DNA from: the human T2T-CHM13v2.0 reference genome, Homo sapiens
Reading direction: 5' to 3' (one strand)
NCBI RefSeq assembly: GCF_009914755.1
Contig: NC_060927.1
Length of the DNA stretch: 64,000 nucleotides
Numbering within the stretch: the first letter of the stretch is position 1; every line of letters begins with the position of its first letter. Below the pieces are notes generated by a model that was not told where the DNA came from, did not search any database, and worked only from the letters and a program-made list of their open reading frames with translations. Below are positions 62,122 through 64,000 of the stretch, piece after piece. Both the position numbers and the translations under genes were made by a program.

Positions 62122-64000
62122 TTAGGTATTTAAGCAAGAGAGCATTTGTCTTAGAGTAGGTAGCAAGGAAATCCATCTAATTATCGGGATATATCTCAAA
62201 TATATATAAAGAAAAAATCTATAGATATAGATTTAAAAATATGTATATATATAGATATTTTTCCTTCTGGGAATACCTTCCCATACCAGGGACTTGATCC
62301 CCAAAAGACAACAACATTGCACATATATAAACTCTATCCCTGCCCTAAGAATGAGGCATAAATATTTAGCCAAATATCCTGTCCTGATGGAAGAGAACTG
62401 CAGGTAGAATGCTGCTTTCAGACTATGTGACCATCGGGATCCCAGGCCTGAGAGCAGGTGTCTAAGAGATTGGTCCTGCTTTTGTTTCCTTGGTGAGACA
62501 CCATTCTGGTGGGTGGAGTAAGAACAGTCTCCAATACACAATTTGATGAGAAGGCCCTGTTTTTGCTCCATGCAGTTCCAAAGCAGACTGCCAAGTCCTC
62601 CAGTACAAGTTTTGCAGGCATCAAGCCAAGCAGCTTGGCTTGTGAATCAGGTTTGTGAGAGTGCAGGCTTTGGGACCAAAATTGCAGAAAGGATTATTTT
62701 GGTCTGAGGATGTCCTTAATTAGTCAAGTGCTAACAGTAGTATGTAGGTTGGAAGATTTAAAATTTCCCATAATCTCCCACACCAATCAGGAGAAAACAG
62801 CTTTTTGAAAAGCACATGTGAAAAAATAGGAGTGTCAATGTCTAAGAACATTTCTAACAGTGTCTGGGCCAGCAATATTTCTATCAAACGTTCCAAGTCA
62901 TTTAATAAGCCTTTATATCTGTATCACACTTCACAAATTGCAAAAGCCCTCTGATGTGCTTTTCAAACTTGTAACAAGGCTAGGAGGGAGATAAGGCAGG
63001 TAAATGTTATCCCCATTTCACAGATAAGAAAACTAAAGCTCAATCGGTTAAGGGATAGATGTAGCCATAACTATTCTGTTTCAGACATGAACTTGTCCAT
63101 TATTAAGAATCTCCAGTTTGTAAAGTCCTGTGCTGGGTAGTGGATAATGAAATTAATGAAAAGAAAACTAAGGAAATTCCAGAAAAGACAACAATGAGAG
63201 TGGCAGGTGGACAAAGAAAAGCATTAAAATACAATGATATAAGCCATCTGCACTATTTTGCAAACAACTGTCTTTTTCTTTTGACTTTTCACTATTAGAG
63301 TCATCTGAAATCAAGTCAATATATAGGAGAGGAATCTATCTTCTCCATCAAGGGACGTTGCACCCTCTTTTCTTCGAGGAAGCTTGTCTCAGGCACCCGG
63401 TATGCATAACCTCTGCTTCTCTCTGGGGGAATAACTAACCCTATAACTAACTAACTGCCTTGCTCCATGACATACTGACAGCAGGAAACACTGTGTAATC
63501 ATACAAAGTGCCTGAATACAAAGGTATGGCCACACCATACCCACAAACAAGTCCTTCTTCCAGAAACAAGACCAAATCTTCCTCTGCTTTCCTGTGTGGC
63601 ATCTCCAGATGAACTGAGCCTGTTTAAATCACGTGATCCATTTAATATAACCCTACAAAGGTCAATGCTGCAATTGCATAGATGTCAAAAAGCCTAAAGA
63701 AGCCAAAATGATCTACTTCTCATCTTGCTTGGAAACATTACAGAGCTACTGACTTCAAAGGTTCGATTTTTGTGCTGGAGGGACTTGTAGAAAAGGACAA
63801 GGACTGAGTTTAGCATGCTTATTTATTGTTGTTGCCAACAGAGCTGCTCTCTGGAAGTATTCTGGAAAATTCATAATGTCCAGGCCAATGTATTTATAGT
63901 AAATTAAAGCTGTGCTTTATTATTATGATTATTTCCTTGGTTACAGTGTTGATGCTGAAAATTTAGGGAAAATAAAGCCCTTGTTATCATGCTTGTGAAA

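Overview
Primate (human-like) genomic DNA inside FOXP1, which is transcribed on the minus strand. The only established coding sequence is the first coding exon (58639-58829, [10 protein letters not shown]...QQQQQQ) and, 133 nt further downstream, the alternative terminal exon of the known 114-aa short isoform (58341-58505). The rest is intron: 58830-64000 is upstream intron and 1-58300 is part of the long intron leading to the next canonical exon (ALQVARQ...), which I did not find in the window. The intron is rich in Alu, MIR, L2, L1, MLT1, MER/Tigger and one CR1/L3 relic, and most ORF-track entries are repeat-derived noise. The most interesting signal lies in a ~9.8-kb Alu-free island (25.25-35.05 kb): a minus-strand TATA box, an ATG-free ~150-nt leader, ATG-TGC-CTG-GAA-TAT (MCLEY) and a GTAAGT donor in phase 0. 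This is a candidate internal FOXP1 promoter and first exon that would swap the 60-aa N-terminus for a Met-Cys pentapeptide. Repeat boundaries and subfamilies were read by eye and are approximate.
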